This document shows, in pieces, positions 18,280-29,638 of a stretch of 49,068 nt of DNA. The position numbers were made by a program, and so were the translations under genes. The DNA is taken from the NCBI GenBank assembly GCA_030840585.1, contig JAVEEG010000081.1:1-49068 (forward strand). Direction: 5' to 3'. The number at the start of each line of letters is the position of its first letter. Position 1 is the stretch's first letter. The notes below the pieces were generated by a model, which worked only from the letters and a program-made list of their open reading frames with translations, did not search any database and was not told the origin of the DNA. The DNA is from Frankiaceae bacterium (lineage in GTDB: Bacteria > Actinomycetota > Actinomycetes > JAFAQI01).

Positions 18280-18971
18280 GCATCGAGTTGTCGCTGCGCG
18301 GGATCCGCGCGGGGTACGGCGCGGTCGAGGTGCTGCACGGGATCGACCTCGATGTGCCGGCCGGTGCGCTGACCGCGTTGCTCGGGCCGAACGGCGCCGG
18401 GAAGACGACGTTGTTGTCGGTGGCAGCCGGGCTGTTGCCGGCACGGTCCGGGCAGGTCGTGTGGGCCGGCCGTGACGTGACCGCCGAGCCGCCGGATGCG
18501 CGGGCTCGTGCGGGGATGGCGCTGGTGCCGGAGCGACGCGGCATCTTCGGGGCGCTGTCGGTGCGGGAGAACCTAGAGATATTCGCCGGCCACGGTGCGT
18601 CGTTCGATGTGGCGCTGGCGGCGTTCCCGGTACTTGCCGAGCGGCTGGGGCAGCGGGCCGGCAGCCTGTCGGGTGGCGAGCAGCAGATGCTGGCGATGTC
18701 GCGGGTGATGCTGCGCGACCCGCGGCTGATGCTGCTCGACGAGATCTCGCTCGGGTTGGCACCGCGAGTGACCCGGCGGCTGTTCGACGTGGTCGGTGAG
18801 TTGGCCCGCGGCGGTACGACGGTGCTGCTCGTGGACCAATATCTGTCCGACGCGCTGCGGTTAGCGGACGTGTTCTATGTGCTGGCCCGCGGTGAGGTCG
18901 CGTTCGCCGGCGAGCCCGGCGAGCTAGCCGGCCGGACGCTTCCCGGCTACGTCACGCCGGTCTCCGGCTGA
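18276..18971 (+). CDS. ABC transporter ATP-binding protein (LivF-like)
   Basis: GPNGAGKTTLL, LSGGEQQML, MLLDEISLGLAP. ATGA overlap with the upstream gene. Confidence 0.9.
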   Translation: MSIELSLRGIRAGYGAVEVLHGIDLDVPAGALTALLGPNGAGKTTLLSVAAGLLPARSGQVVWAGRDVTAEPPDARARAGMALVPERRGIFGALSVRENLEIFAGHGASFDVALAAFPVLAERLGQRAGSLSGGEQQMLAMSRVMLRDPRLMLLDEISLGLAPRVTRRLFDVVGELARGGTTVLLVDQYLSDALRLADVFYVLARGEVAFAGEPGELAGRTLPGYVTPVSG

Positions 18972-18980
18972 CCGCGGTCA

Positions 18981-19535
18981 TTACAGCGTCCATTCGCCCG
19001 TTTCACCGAAGCCGCTGTCCATCGAGAACTGAACCTTGGCAACCTTCGCTTTCTTTGGCACCTGGAACACCAAGTATCCGACCACGAGGCCGCCGGGCGC
19101 AGCCTTCACCTGGGCCGGCAAGAGCACACCGGCATTGATCTTGTCGACGAAATCGGCTTCGAATTGCTCACCCTGGTCATCGACGACCTTCGCGCCGTTC
19201 GACGGCGCGTCGTCGTATGCCACCGACCCTGTGTTGGTGAAGCGGAATCGAACCGCCACGTAGCGATTGCCCGGGTCCGGCGAGGAAAAGCCGTCAGTCG
19301 CACGAACCGGATCCACCACGCGGACCGCCGCTACCGAAATCTTTGAGCCGTGGTCATTGCCAGCAAGCGTGATCGCATCGCCCAGATGCGCGACCGTCTT
19401 CGCCTTGCTCGCCTTGTCAGGAGAGTTCTTGACACCCGTGTTGCCACAGCCTCCGTTGGCTCCCATTGAGGCCATCAACGCGACCGCTCCGACTAGGGCA
19501 ACAACCGAGCGCTTCATAGACACGGTGTTCTTCAT
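18981..19535 (-). CDS. DUF4352 domain lipoprotein
   Basis: Signal peptide plus Cys (GANGGC), then a YVAVRFRFTNTG...GYLVFQVPK immunoglobulin-like DUF4352 pattern. Its codon choice is visibly more A/T-rich than its neighbours. Confidence 0.7.
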   Translation of the reverse strand: MKNTVSMKRSVVALVGAVALMASMGANGGCGNTGVKNSPDKASKAKTVAHLGDAITLAGNDHGSKISVAAVRVVDPVRATDGFSSPDPGNRYVAVRFRFTNTGSVAYDDAPSNGAKVVDDQGEQFEADFVDKINAGVLLPAQVKAAPGGLVVGYLVFQVPKKAKVAKVQFSMDSGFGETGEWTL

Positions 19536-19753
19536 AGGTTCGCGCCTTTCTGTATCTCTCGCGCGTCCCTACCCACATTCGGACAGTGATGCATCAAGAT
19601 GGCGCGGGTAATTCGTGGCGTGGCACCGCGGTTGCGGTGCGTGACTGACAGCGCAGAGGCGCGCCCGCTCCATCGCCCAAGATCATCGCGAGCTCAGGCA
19701 GTCTGCCCGCGCACATTTGGCTGGTTAAAGGCGCGATCTTGCCCGGGCCACAC

Positions 19754-21253
19754 CTACGTCGCGCTGTAGGGCCACTCGTGGACGCTGAAGCAGTTCTTGT
19801 TCATGTCGGGTACTTGGGTCACCCAGGTGTGTGAGCTGTCCGACCATCGCGCCACGTTGATGCAGTTGGTCACGGGTTCCTCCGGCGCGCTGCGATGTTC
19901 GAACCACCGCGGCACCAGCAGGCCGTGCCCGTCGTACGGATGCGATGGCCCAGCATCGACGTACTTCATCACGCAGGCACGCGTGACCGCGGCGCCGCAG
20001 GACGCGATCGCGTCCGCGATCCACTGCCCGCCGGCCCAACCCTCCAGCGCCCACTCCGACATCTGCTGGCCGCCGCCATGACCATCCGCCGCCATCTGCT
20101 GCCGGAACGCCGCGACCTCCGGGTACTTCGTGTCGGCGTAGTTGCGGGTCATGCCGGTCGCGAACAGTTTGTTGCGGCACTTCGGTGAGTCGCCGTAGTC
20201 GGTGTCGACCGACTGCTCCCAGCTCTGCGTCGTCAGCACCTTCGCTTGCAACGAGTCGGACACGCCGTTGTCGTCGAGCGCCTTGCACAACCGAACGTTG
20301 CCCTCGCGGTCGATCGTGTCGTAGACGTACTTCACGCCCTTGCTCTTGAAGTCGATCGCGACCGAGTCGTAGTCCGGCAGCGCGAAGTTCACCGTCTTCA
20401 CCACGACTTGGAAACCCTCATGCCGCAGGCCGTCCGCGATGCTGTTGCCGAACCGCGTGGACGCCGACTGGTTGTAGTCGACGACACCCGCGACCAACGG
20501 CACCTTCGGGTACGTCGTCTTGAAGTAGCGATACACCTCGGTGCCGCCGTACAGGTTGTTCTTGAAGCCGATCTGTTTGCCGTCGCGCGGGTACTCCTCG
20601 CCGTAGACGTCGAACATGTTCGGGTACTGGTTGTACGGGTTGTCGATCGGCTGGCTGCCAATGTCCGGCACCCGCTTCTGATACACGTACGACGCGCCGC
20701 TGTAGGTGAGGATCGCGTTCGACGCCAACGCGAACACCTTGTCGCTGTCGACGAGTTGGCGCACGCACGCGGTGTTCTGATCACCGCTGCCCTGGTCGTC
20801 GCAGAACCGCAGGATCAGCTGCCGGCCGTGAATGCCGCCGTGCGCGTTGGTCCAGTGGATGAACGCGGCCAGCCCGTACGTCGGACCGACGAACGCGCGC
20901 GGATCGAACGGGTTGGTCTTGCTGACGATGTTGCCGATCGTGATCGTCGTCGGGGTCACGCCGATGTCGGATGCGGTGTTGCCCTGCGGGTTGTTACTGC
21001 CGCCGTTGCCGCCCTGCGGGCCGGTCGTACTGCCGCCGCCGCCCGGTCCGGAGCTCGGCCCGCCACCCGGGCCGACCGGGCCACTGGTCGCGCCGGGACC
21101 GGCGCTCGGACCGCTGCTCGCCTGCGGGCCGGACTGGCCGGCCTGCAGTTGTTGCGCGCGGTCGAAGGCACCGTTGGACAGCCGGGTCCCGCAGGCGGTG
21201 AGCAGCAGCGTGCCGAACGCAACTGCGCCGGCCAATGCGCGGGAGGGCGCCAT
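19754..21253 (-). CDS. ABC transporter substrate-binding lipoprotein (Leu/Ile/Val-binding, PBP type 1 family)
   Basis: Lipobox LLLTAC, a long Gly/Pro/Ser linker, then a Peripla_BP_6-like body (ITIGNIVSKT...GGIHGRQL...DSDKVFAL). Confidence 0.8.
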   Translation of the reverse strand: MAPSRALAGAVAFGTLLLTACGTRLSNGAFDRAQQLQAGQSGPQASSGPSAGPGATSGPVGPGGGPSSGPGGGGSTTGPQGGNGGSNNPQGNTASDIGVTPTTITIGNIVSKTNPFDPRAFVGPTYGLAAFIHWTNAHGGIHGRQLILRFCDDQGSGDQNTACVRQLVDSDKVFALASNAILTYSGASYVYQKRVPDIGSQPIDNPYNQYPNMFDVYGEEYPRDGKQIGFKNNLYGGTEVYRYFKTTYPKVPLVAGVVDYNQSASTRFGNSIADGLRHEGFQVVVKTVNFALPDYDSVAIDFKSKGVKYVYDTIDREGNVRLCKALDDNGVSDSLQAKVLTTQSWEQSVDTDYGDSPKCRNKLFATGMTRNYADTKYPEVAAFRQQMAADGHGGGQQMSEWALEGWAGGQWIADAIASCGAAVTRACVMKYVDAGPSHPYDGHGLLVPRWFEHRSAPEEPVTNCINVARWSDSSHTWVTQVPDMNKNCFSVHEWPYSAT

Positions 21254-21267
21254 AACGGATCATTCTG

Positions 21268-22700
<1,433 letters not shown>

Positions 22701-22704
<4 letters not shown>

Positions 22705-23792
22705 GACATCACCACTGCGGTGTCCAGGCCGAACTCGGCGACCGCCGGCAAAGTACGGCCGTGCAACACCAACTCGGTCACCGCGTCCGCGGTGATCGGC
22801 GCCAACAGCACCCCGTTGCGGTAGTGGCCGAGCGCGACGACGACACCCGGTCCGGCGGCGCCGATCACCGGCGCATTGCTGGGTGTCCCCGGCCGCAGCC
22901 CGGTGCTGACCTCGAGCAGTTCCATCTCCAGGATCGCCGGCAGGATCTGCTGCGCGTCGTGCAGCAGATCGTGGACCGCGCCGGCCCGCGGCCGTTCGTC
23001 GTACCCGGCCTCTTCGCTGGTCGCGCCGACGACGAGTTCGCCGCCATCCCGCGGGACGACGTAGACCGGCACCCCGCGCACCGAACCGCGCAGCACATGG
23101 TCGAGCACCGGCCGGTCCGCGCGCAGCCGCAGCGTCTGGCCCTTCACCGGTCGCAGCCCAGTCGCAGGGACACCGGCGATCTGACCCGAGCGCGCACCGG
23201 CCGCGACAACAACGGTGCCGCAGCCGAGGACATCACCGTCGGCCAACGTGACGGTGCCGGCGTCGATCGATACCGCGGCCTGCGGCTCGATCGTTGCCCC
23301 GGCCAGCAGTGCGTGATGCAACCGGCGCGGATTGACCGCGTGGTCGTCACCGGCGAGCAACCCGCCGGGCAGTCCAGCCGCGAGCGAAGGTTCGAGCTCG
23401 CGCAGTTCGCGCGCAGTCAGCATCGACGAGTTCAACCCCAGGCTGTGGTGCAGCTCAGCCAGGTCGCGCAGCGCGGCGAGATCGGCGGCATCCCAGGCCG
23501 CGACGACGGTGCCGGTCTGGCGGTAGTCGACGTCGAGACCGGTCGCCGCTTGCACCGCGTCGACGAAGTCGGGGTAGCGGCGCGCGGACGCGAGATTGAG
23601 TCGCAGCAACCGCTCTTCGCCGTAGTGCAGCTCGGTGACCGGTGCGAGCATGCCGGCGGCCGTTCGGGTCGCGCCGCTGCCAGGTGCGGGATCAACGACG
23701 GTGACACTGGCGCCGGCTGCACTCAGTCGCCACGCGATCGCCGCGCCGATGATCCCGCCACCGACGACAACGACATCTGTGGTTGCGCGCAT
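22701..23792 (-). CDS. thiO: Glycine oxidase ThiO (FAD-dependent)
   Basis: N-terminal [17 protein letters not shown] dinucleotide fold. Operon position ahead of thiS-thiG, with an ATGA overlap. Confidence 0.88.
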
Positions 23793-23812
23793 TTACCAAT
23801 ACCGTACGCGTC

Positions 23813-24439
23813 GTGGACGGGCGGCTCTATCTATGTACGGACGGTCGGCGCGCACGCGGCGACCTCGACGACTTCTTGGACGCCGTGCTCGCGGCCGGAG
23901 TCGACATCGTGCAGTTGCGCGAGAAGGGGCTAGAGGCACGCGACGAGCTCGCGCTGCTTGAGGTGTTCGCCGCCGCGGCCGAGCGGCACGGTCGGTTGTG
24001 GGCGGTCAACGATCGCGCCGACCTGGCCGCGATCAGCGGCGCGCCAATCCTGCATCTGGGTCAGGACGATCTGCCGGTGGCGGCCGCGCGGCGCATCGTC
24101 GGTGACGACGTGCTGATCGGCCGGTCCAGCCACGATCCGACGCAGTTCGACACGGAGATCGCCGACGCGACGGTCGACTACGTGTGCGCCGGACCGACAT
24201 GGGTGACGCCGACGAAGCCGGGGCGACCGGCGGCCGGGCTGGACCTGCTGTCGCACGCGACAGCGGCTGCCGGTGACCGGCCGTGGTTCGCGATCGGCGG
24301 CATCGACCTAGACAACCTTGACGACGTGATCGCCCGCGGTGCGCGGCGAATGGTCGTCGTACGGGCGATCACCGAAGCCGAGGATCCCGGTGCGGCCGCA
24401 GCGGAGTTCGCCCGCCGCCTGCGCAGCGCGGCCGGCTGA
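23813..24439 (+). CDS. thiE: Thiamine-phosphate synthase
   Basis: [41 protein letters not shown]. Start is at GTG 23813, or TTG 23783 as in the track. Confidence 0.88.
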   Translation: MDGRLYLCTDGRRARGDLDDFLDAVLAAGVDIVQLREKGLEARDELALLEVFAAAAERHGRLWAVNDRADLAAISGAPILHLGQDDLPVAAARRIVGDDVLIGRSSHDPTQFDTEIADATVDYVCAGPTWVTPTKPGRPAAGLDLLSHATAAAGDRPWFAIGGIDLDNLDDVIARGARRMVVVRAITEAEDPGAAAAEFARRLRSAAG

Positions 24440-24467
24440 CTTCCGCGCGGTGCAGGGGCGGGATACC

Positions 24468-24644
24468 GTGCGGCTAGCAGCGACCGACGGGAGGTCCGCG
24501 AGGGCGGAAAAGGACGAGCGCACACCGGACGCGCCCAAGGAGTCCGAGAAGACCCCGCTCGAGCCCGCGCCCAACACCGACTGGGTCAAGACGATCCAGA
24601 TCAAGCGGATCCTCCGGGACGACGTCGAGCGGCGGGATGAGTAG
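24468..24644 (+). CDS. Small highly charged protein (58 aa), unknown function
   Basis: GTG is preceded by GGGGCGGGA. Third-position GC bias is consistent with coding. Its stop overlaps the next ATG by 8 nt. No family was recognised. Confidence 0.4.
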   Translation: MRLAATDGRSARAEKDERTPDAPKESEKTPLEPAPNTDWVKTIQIKRILRDDVERRDE

Positions 24645-25137
24645 CGACCAAGGCACGCAGTACCACGCGTTCGTCGCGGAACAGATGAAGGCCGAGTACG
24701 AACGGCGGACGACACTCGAGGCGCGCGGCCTCGCCGTTGTCACCGGCAGCGGCACGCTGGTGACGCTGGTCTTCGGAATCGGCGCGTTCGTGTTGGGCAA
24801 GGACTACAAGCCGAGCGCGACCGCGGTCTGGGCGCTCGGCGTCTCCCTCGTGCTCTTCATCGTCGCCGCGTTCTTCGGACTGCTGGCCAACTTCCTCCGC
24901 AAGTACGAGGTCGCCTCGCCGACCACCGTCAATCTCATGTTGACGACGCATTGGACCGACACCGAGGTGGCGGCGCGCAACGTGTGCGCGGTTGCCGACG
25001 CCGAGACGCTGAAGTCACTTCGAGCGGGAAGCAACGACAAGGCGCAGCAGGTCACGGTCGCCTTGATCTGCCAGCTGCTCGCGACCGGCGGCCTCGCCTT
25101 CGCCGTGCTCTGGGAGTTCGCCCACCACCATCACTGA
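24637..25137 (+). CDS. Three-TM membrane protein, unknown function
   Basis: 166 aa: an N-terminal amphipathic helix, two adjacent TMs, a soluble insert and a C-terminal TM, ending in HHHH. Its 3' end overlaps the thiD 3' end by 7 nt. Confidence 0.6.
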   Translation: MSSDQGTQYHAFVAEQMKAEYERRTTLEARGLAVVTGSGTLVTLVFGIGAFVLGKDYKPSATAVWALGVSLVLFIVAAFFGLLANFLRKYEVASPTTVNLMLTTHWTDTEVAARNVCAVADAETLKSLRAGSNDKAQQVTVALICQLLATGGLAFAVLWEFAHHHH

Positions 25138-25931
25138 CGCACGCGCCAGAAATGGCCGACTGGACCGCGGCCGGATCCCAATGGGAATGAGCCTTCGACG
25201 GCCGAGGTGATGAACTCCTTGCCGGCCGCGACCGCCGCCGGTACGTCGAGGCCGCGGGCCAGCGATGCCGCCGTCGCCGCCGCCAACGTGTCGCCGCTGC
25301 CGTGCGTGTGTACCGACGGATGCCGCGGCGCGGACAACTCGCTGAACGAAGAACCGTCGTATAGCACGTCCACCGCCGGCTGATCCGAGTCGAGATGACC
25401 GCCCTTCACCAGCACCCACCGCGGCCCGAACTCGAACAATCGCTTCGCCGCCTCGCGCATACCAGCGCGGTCGCGCACCTCCAGGCCCAGCAGCACCTTC
25501 ACCTCTGGCAGGTTCGGCGTCACCAATGCGGCCAACGGAAAGAGCTTTGAGGTCAACGCGGTCACGGCGTCATCGGCGAGCAGCGGATCGCCGTGCTGCG
25601 ACGCGGACACCGGATCGACAACCAGCGGACCGACGTCAACCGACTGGAGTACTTGCACCACTGCGGTGATGACGTCGGCGTTGGCAAGCATGCCGGTCTT
25701 CGTCGCGTCGACCCCGATGTCTGTCGCGACCGCCATGACCTGCGCCGCGACGAACGAGCCCGGCAGCGCATGCACTCCGACGACACCGCGCGAGTGTTGC
25801 GCCGTCACCGCGGTGACGGCGGACATGCCGTGCACGCCACAGCACAGGAACGTCTTGAGATCGGCCTGCAACCCGGCGCCGCCGCCGGAGTCGGAACCCG
25901 CGATCGTCAGCGCCGTCGGCGGCCGGGTCAT
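25131..25931 (-). CDS. thiD: Hydroxymethylpyrimidine/phosphomethylpyrimidine kinase
   Basis: [27 protein letters not shown], and C-terminal [12 protein letters not shown] 25931 overlaps the permease stop. Confidence 0.92.
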   Translation of the reverse strand: MTRPPTALTIAGSDSGGGAGLQADLKTFLCCGVHGMSAVTAVTAQHSRGVVGVHALPGSFVAAQVMAVATDIGVDATKTGMLANADVITAVVQVLQSVDVGPLVVDPVSASQHGDPLLADDAVTALTSKLFPLAALVTPNLPEVKVLLGLEVRDRAGMREAAKRLFEFGPRWVLVKGGHLDSDQPAVDVLYDGSSFSELSAPRHPSVHTHGSGDTLAAATAASLARGLDVPAAVAAGKEFITSAVEGSFPLGSGRGPVGHFWRVRQ

Positions 25932-27289
25932 GCAGCCGGAATACGTCGGCGCGACAACGGCAGGGTGACCACCGCCGCGACGACGAACGACAGCAACGAC
26001 GCACTCATCCACGACTGCGCGGTGAAGTGCAACCAGCCGGCGACCTCGTGCCAGCCGTCGGCCCACCACGTGACATATCCCGGGTTCACCAGCTGGTACG
26101 CCGCGACCCCGAGCAGCCACGGCAGCACCATCCAGAACCGCGACGGCGCGTCCTCGCTGACGTTCCAGGCACCGCGGCGGCCGGCGAAGTAGTCGACCAG
26201 CAGCACGGCCGTCAAGGGGACGAGCACCGACCCGAGCAACAGCAGGAAGTCCGAGTAGCTACCGATCCCGAAGACCAACGCGAGCACGGTCGCCAGCGAT
26301 CCGATGAGCACCGCGAGCAGCCGGCGGTCGGCCCGCGGCACGACGTTCTGCAACGACACGACGGTCGAGTAACTGTCGGCGAACGACTGGTCCAGCTCGC
26401 GCGCGACCAGCGCACCAAAGGCGAGCCAGCCCACCGGCACCGCGATGAACCGGGCGAACATGTCGTGCTGCATGTTCGCGTCCGACGCCTGCACCACCGT
26501 GAGCAACGCGATCAGCCCGAGCACATAGCAGGCGATCTGCGCGACGCTGTATCCGATCATCGCCGCGCCGAACGCGGACCGGCCACTGCGCGCGTGCCGG
26601 CTGTAGTCACTCGCCAGTGGCGCGAACGACACGGCGACCGCGACGGTGAAGTCGGTGCCGGTCCAGAAGCCGTTCCAACCGCCGTGGGTCAGTGATGGCA
26701 ACGGATGCCGCAGCAGTTGCACGAACAGGTACGCCGTCGCCAGCGCAACGACGACGAGCGCGTACCGCCGCAACACGCGGACGACCGAGAGTGGGTAGAT
26801 GCTCATCAATGTCGTCAACGCGCCTGCGACCACGACGTACGGCCACAGGTGGCCCTGCCAGCCGAGAAGTTGTTGCGCGCCTTGGGAAATCACCACGATC
26901 TCGAACACCGCCCAGCCGACCAGCTGGATCACGTTGATCAGCGTCGGCAGGTACGACAACCGCCGGCCGAACAGTCCACGCAGCAGCACCATCGCCGGCG
27001 CGCCGGTCTGCGCACCGGGTACGGCGGCCGCCGCCAGCATCGCCGTACCGACGACCGTGCCGACGACGACCGCAAGGGCCGCGGCGACGAACGACATCGA
27101 GTGCACGCCGTCGGGCTGCAGCACGTAGACCGCACCCACTGGGCCGAGCAACGAGACGCCGAGGTTGAACCACAGCGCGATCTGGTCGAGCCAACCGAGC
27201 ACCCGGGGCGGTGGCTCTTCCAACGTCAGCGGCGCCTCGACCCCGCGCGCGTCGACAACATCCGGAATCCGTTCGGCCGTCGCCGTCAT
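25928..27289 (-). CDS. NCS1 family (cytosine/purine/thiamine-precursor) permease, CytX-like
   Basis: 12-TM profile. It sits directly downstream of a TPP riboswitch and upstream of thiD. AGGGAG SD lies 5 nt before ATG 27289 (the track uses GTG 27295). Confidence 0.8.
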   Translation of the reverse strand: MTATAERIPDVVDARGVEAPLTLEEPPPRVLGWLDQIALWFNLGVSLLGPVGAVYVLQPDGVHSMSFVAAALAVVVGTVVGTAMLAAAAVPGAQTGAPAMVLLRGLFGRRLSYLPTLINVIQLVGWAVFEIVVISQGAQQLLGWQGHLWPYVVVAGALTTLMSIYPLSVVRVLRRYALVVVALATAYLFVQLLRHPLPSLTHGGWNGFWTGTDFTVAVAVSFAPLASDYSRHARSGRSAFGAAMIGYSVAQIACYVLGLIALLTVVQASDANMQHDMFARFIAVPVGWLAFGALVARELDQSFADSYSTVVSLQNVVPRADRRLLAVLIGSLATVLALVFGIGSYSDFLLLLGSVLVPLTAVLLVDYFAGRRGAWNVSEDAPSRFWMVLPWLLGVAAYQLVNPGYVTWWADGWHEVAGWLHFTAQSWMSASLLSFVVAAVVTLPLSRRRIPAA

Positions 27290-27294
27290 GGCCA

Positions 27295-27382
27295 CTCCCT
27301 CGGGTCCGCATTACCGGACCGGTTAGGCGGTCGGCGGCCGGACAGCCGCCCTCTCAGCCCGGTGCTTCCGAGCTCCCGCGTG
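27295..27382 (-). promoter_or_regulatory. TPP (THI-box) riboswitch
   Basis: The minus-strand RNA reads ACGCGGGAGCUCGGAAGCACCGGGCUGAGAGGGCGG...CCGCCUAACCGGUCCGGUAAUGCGGACCCGAGGGAG. It contains the CUGAGA box and the pyrimidine-sensing GGUAAUGC...AGGGA arm. The SD is part of the 3' strand. Confidence 0.85.
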
Positions 27383-28289
27383 CCTCGACGACGAATCTAC
27401 TCCGCCGCCGCAACCGGTCCTCCGCGACGAGGATGCCGAGCAGCACGATCAGCGCACCAACGAAGTCGTTCCAGCGCAACGACTCGCCCAGCGCCGCGAC
27501 CCCGAGCGTCACCGCGACCAGCGGTACGACGTACGTCACCGTCGACGCGGTCGTCGCGCCGACGTCGCGGACCAGCCCGTAGTAGATGACGTACGCGAGC
27601 CCGGTGCCGGCGGCGCCGAGCGCGAGCACCGACAACCACACCCGCGGTGACAGCGACACGGAATGGGTGGCGACCACCGGTGCGACGACACCGATCTCGA
27701 TCGCCGCGCAGGTCAGTTGTGCCGCGGCGAGCCCGAGCGGCGCGGCCCGGCCGGTGAGGAACTTGCGGGTGTAGACGAACGCGACGCCGTAACAGGCACC
27801 GGCACCGAGGCACGCGAGCTGGCCGGCCAACCCGGCGCCGTCCACGCTCCGCCACGGCGCGAGCACGACCAATGTGCCGGCGAAGCCCATCACCAGCCCG
27901 ACGACCCGCGCACGGTTCGGCCGCTCGGCCGGCAGGAACAAGATGGCGAACACCAGGGTCCACAGCGGCGTCGTCGCGTTGTAGATGCCGGCGAGCCCGC
28001 TGGTCGCGCCGTTGTCCTCACCCCACGCGAAACCGAGGAACGGTACGACGTTCGACACCAGACCCATGACCGCGGCGTGCACCCACACGACCGGCTGGCG
28101 CGGCAACGGTTCGCGCCGGATGGCAAGCCAGGCCAGGATCGCGACCGCGCCAAGAACGATGCGACCGAGCACGATCTGGGTCGCGGTCATGCCTTCGAGC
28201 GCGACCTTGATGAACAGGAAGCTGCAGCCCCAGATCGCGGCGAGTACTCCGATGCGCGCCCACGGCGAGCTCCACCGCGTCCGCACCAT
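27354..28289 (-). CDS. EamA/DMT family transporter
   Basis: 10-TM profile with two EamA repeats (AAIWGCSFLFIKVAL...). ATG 28289 overlaps the Fpg TAA by 1 nt; the upstream part of the track ORF is spurious. Confidence 0.85.
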   Translation of the reverse strand: MVRTRWSSPWARIGVLAAIWGCSFLFIKVALEGMTATQIVLGRIVLGAVAILAWLAIRREPLPRQPVVWVHAAVMGLVSNVVPFLGFAWGEDNGATSGLAGIYNATTPLWTLVFAILFLPAERPNRARVVGLVMGFAGTLVVLAPWRSVDGAGLAGQLACLGAGACYGVAFVYTRKFLTGRAAPLGLAAAQLTCAAIEIGVVAPVVATHSVSLSPRVWLSVLALGAAGTGLAYVIYYGLVRDVGATTASTVTYVVPLVAVTLGVAALGESLRWNDFVGALIVLLGILVAEDRLRRRSRFVVEARGSSEAPG

Positions 28290-29152
28290 TACTTGAGCAG
28301 CCGCGAGAGCCGGCGGTCGGCGAGCGGCTTGCCGCCGGTCTGGCAGGTCGCGCAGTAGTCGAGCGACGAGTCGGCGAACGACACGGAACGGACCACGTCG
28401 CCGCACACCGGGCACGGCTGGCCGGCCCGCCCGTGCACCCGCATGCCAAGCTTCTTCTCCGCCTTGAGATCGGCCGCGGACAGGCCACGGGCGCGCTCGA
28501 CCGCGTCGGTCAACGTCGCACGGATCGCGTCGTACAGCCGGGCGATCTCCTCGTCGTCGAGGTTCGCCGCCGGCTTGAACGGCGACATCTTCGCGACGTG
28601 CAGGATCTCGTCGGAGTACGCGTTGCCGATGCCGGCCAGCTTGCCCTGGTCGCGCAACAGGCCCTTCAGTTGCGACCGGTCGCCGGCGATGACCGCGCGA
28701 AAATCGTTCAAGCTAAAGGAATCCGCGAGCGGATCCGGGCCGAGGCGGGCGATGCCCGGCACCTCGGTCGCCGGGTCGCGGACGACGTACACCGCTAGCC
28801 GCTTCTGGGTGCCCTGCTCGGTGAGGTCGAAGCCGGAGCCGTCATCCAGATGCACCCGCAGCCCGAGCGGGCTCTTGCCCGGCTTCGGCGGCGCGGGTGG
28901 CAACGAGTCGCGCCAGTGCAGCCAGCCGGCCCGAGACAGGTGCGTGACCAGGTGCAGGCCGCTGACGTCGAGGTCGAGGAACTTGCCCCACCGCCGTACG
29001 CCGGAGATCTCCAGCCCCGGCAGCGCGGTCACCGGCGGATCGAACGTCTTCAGCACGCTGATCGCCGCCACGTCGATCCGGGCAATCACGCGACCGACCG
29101 CGCGGCCGACCAGGAAGTCGGCCAGCGCCTGCACCTCGGGCAGTTCGGGCAC
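28289..29152 (-). CDS. Fpg/Nei family DNA glycosylase/AP lyase
   Basis: N-terminal MPELPEV catalytic Pro2/Glu3, an H2TH region, and a C-terminal zinc finger CPVCG...YCATCQ. Confidence 0.9.
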   Translation of the reverse strand: MPELPEVQALADFLVGRAVGRVIARIDVAAISVLKTFDPPVTALPGLEISGVRRWGKFLDLDVSGLHLVTHLSRAGWLHWRDSLPPAPPKPGKSPLGLRVHLDDGSGFDLTEQGTQKRLAVYVVRDPATEVPGIARLGPDPLADSFSLNDFRAVIAGDRSQLKGLLRDQGKLAGIGNAYSDEILHVAKMSPFKPAANLDDEEIARLYDAIRATLTDAVERARGLSAADLKAEKKLGMRVHGRAGQPCPVCGDVVRSVSFADSSLDYCATCQTGGKPLADRRLSRLLK

Positions 29153-29186
29153 GGGATCCAGTCTCCGTCACGCCACCGCCGCCAAC

Positions 29187-29257
29187 CACTTCGGAGGGCT
29201 GGTGACCAGATCCGAGGCCGATTTACGGCGTGTCGTGGTCACCAGGTCTCCGAAGTG
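29187..29257. repeat. Long imperfect inverted repeat (21-bp arms, 29-nt loop)
   Basis: cacttcggagggctggtgacc (29187-29207) versus ggtcaccaggtctccgaagtg (29237-29257); 19 of 21 positions are complementary. Confidence 0.75.
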
Positions 29258-29276
29258 CCGGTGGCCGGGGCCGGCG

Positions 29277-29621
29277 CTAGGCCCAGCCGAGCTCGTCGAG
29301 GCGGTCGTCGTCGATGCCGAAGTGATGCGCGACCTCGTGCACGACAGTGACCTGCACCTGGCGGACGACGTCGTCGAGCGTCCGGGCCCGGCGCAGGATC
29401 GGCAGCCGGTAGATCGTGATCCGATCCGGCAGCACCCCGCCGTACGACGACGTCCGGGCGGTGAGGGGGACACCGTGATAGAGCCCGAGCAGGTTGGGCG
29501 ACGAACCCATGTCCTCCACGACGACCGCGACGTTGCGCATCAACCGGCCGAGTTCCGGCGGGATGCTGTCGAGCGCCTGCTCGACGAGGGCGCCGAACGT
29601 CTCCTCGTCGACCTCGACCAT
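29277..29621 (-). CDS. Zinc metallopeptidase-like protein (zincin, DUF1025 family)
   Basis: VVHEVAHHFG HExxH motif. ATG 29621 avoids an overlap with the divergent MFS gene (the track start is 29645). Confidence 0.75.
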   Translation of the reverse strand: MVEVDEETFGALVEQALDSIPPELGRLMRNVAVVVEDMGSSPNLLGLYHGVPLTARTSSYGGVLPDRITIYRLPILRRARTLDDVVRQVQVTVVHEVAHHFGIDDDRLDELGWA

Positions 29622-29638
29622 GCTGCCATCATCACCCG

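Noticed and set aside
16909-18762. 617-aa minus-strand ORF antisense to livM/livG/livF, and a 361-aa ORF (14858-15943) antisense to the upstream genes
   Set aside because: The composition is Arg/Pro-rich and nonsense-like. The opposite strand encodes clear ABC permease and ATPase motifs.
20950-21150. Apparent repeats in the substrate-binding protein (Gly/Pro/Ser) and in the PstP tail (Pro/Thr, about 46930-47080)
   Set aside because: These are in-frame low-complexity linker regions of otherwise normal proteins, not tandem DNA repeats, CRISPR arrays or mobile elements.
23793-23812. Possible second TPP riboswitch in the thiO/thiE divergent region
   Set aside because: The spacer is only about 20-30 bp and contains no CUGAGA box or THI-box arms.
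25126-25137. C-terminal HHHH on the 166-aa membrane protein, considered as a possible cloning His-tag or vector artefact
   Set aside because: There are only four His, no linker or vector sequence, and the context is native chromosomal, with an overlap onto thiD.
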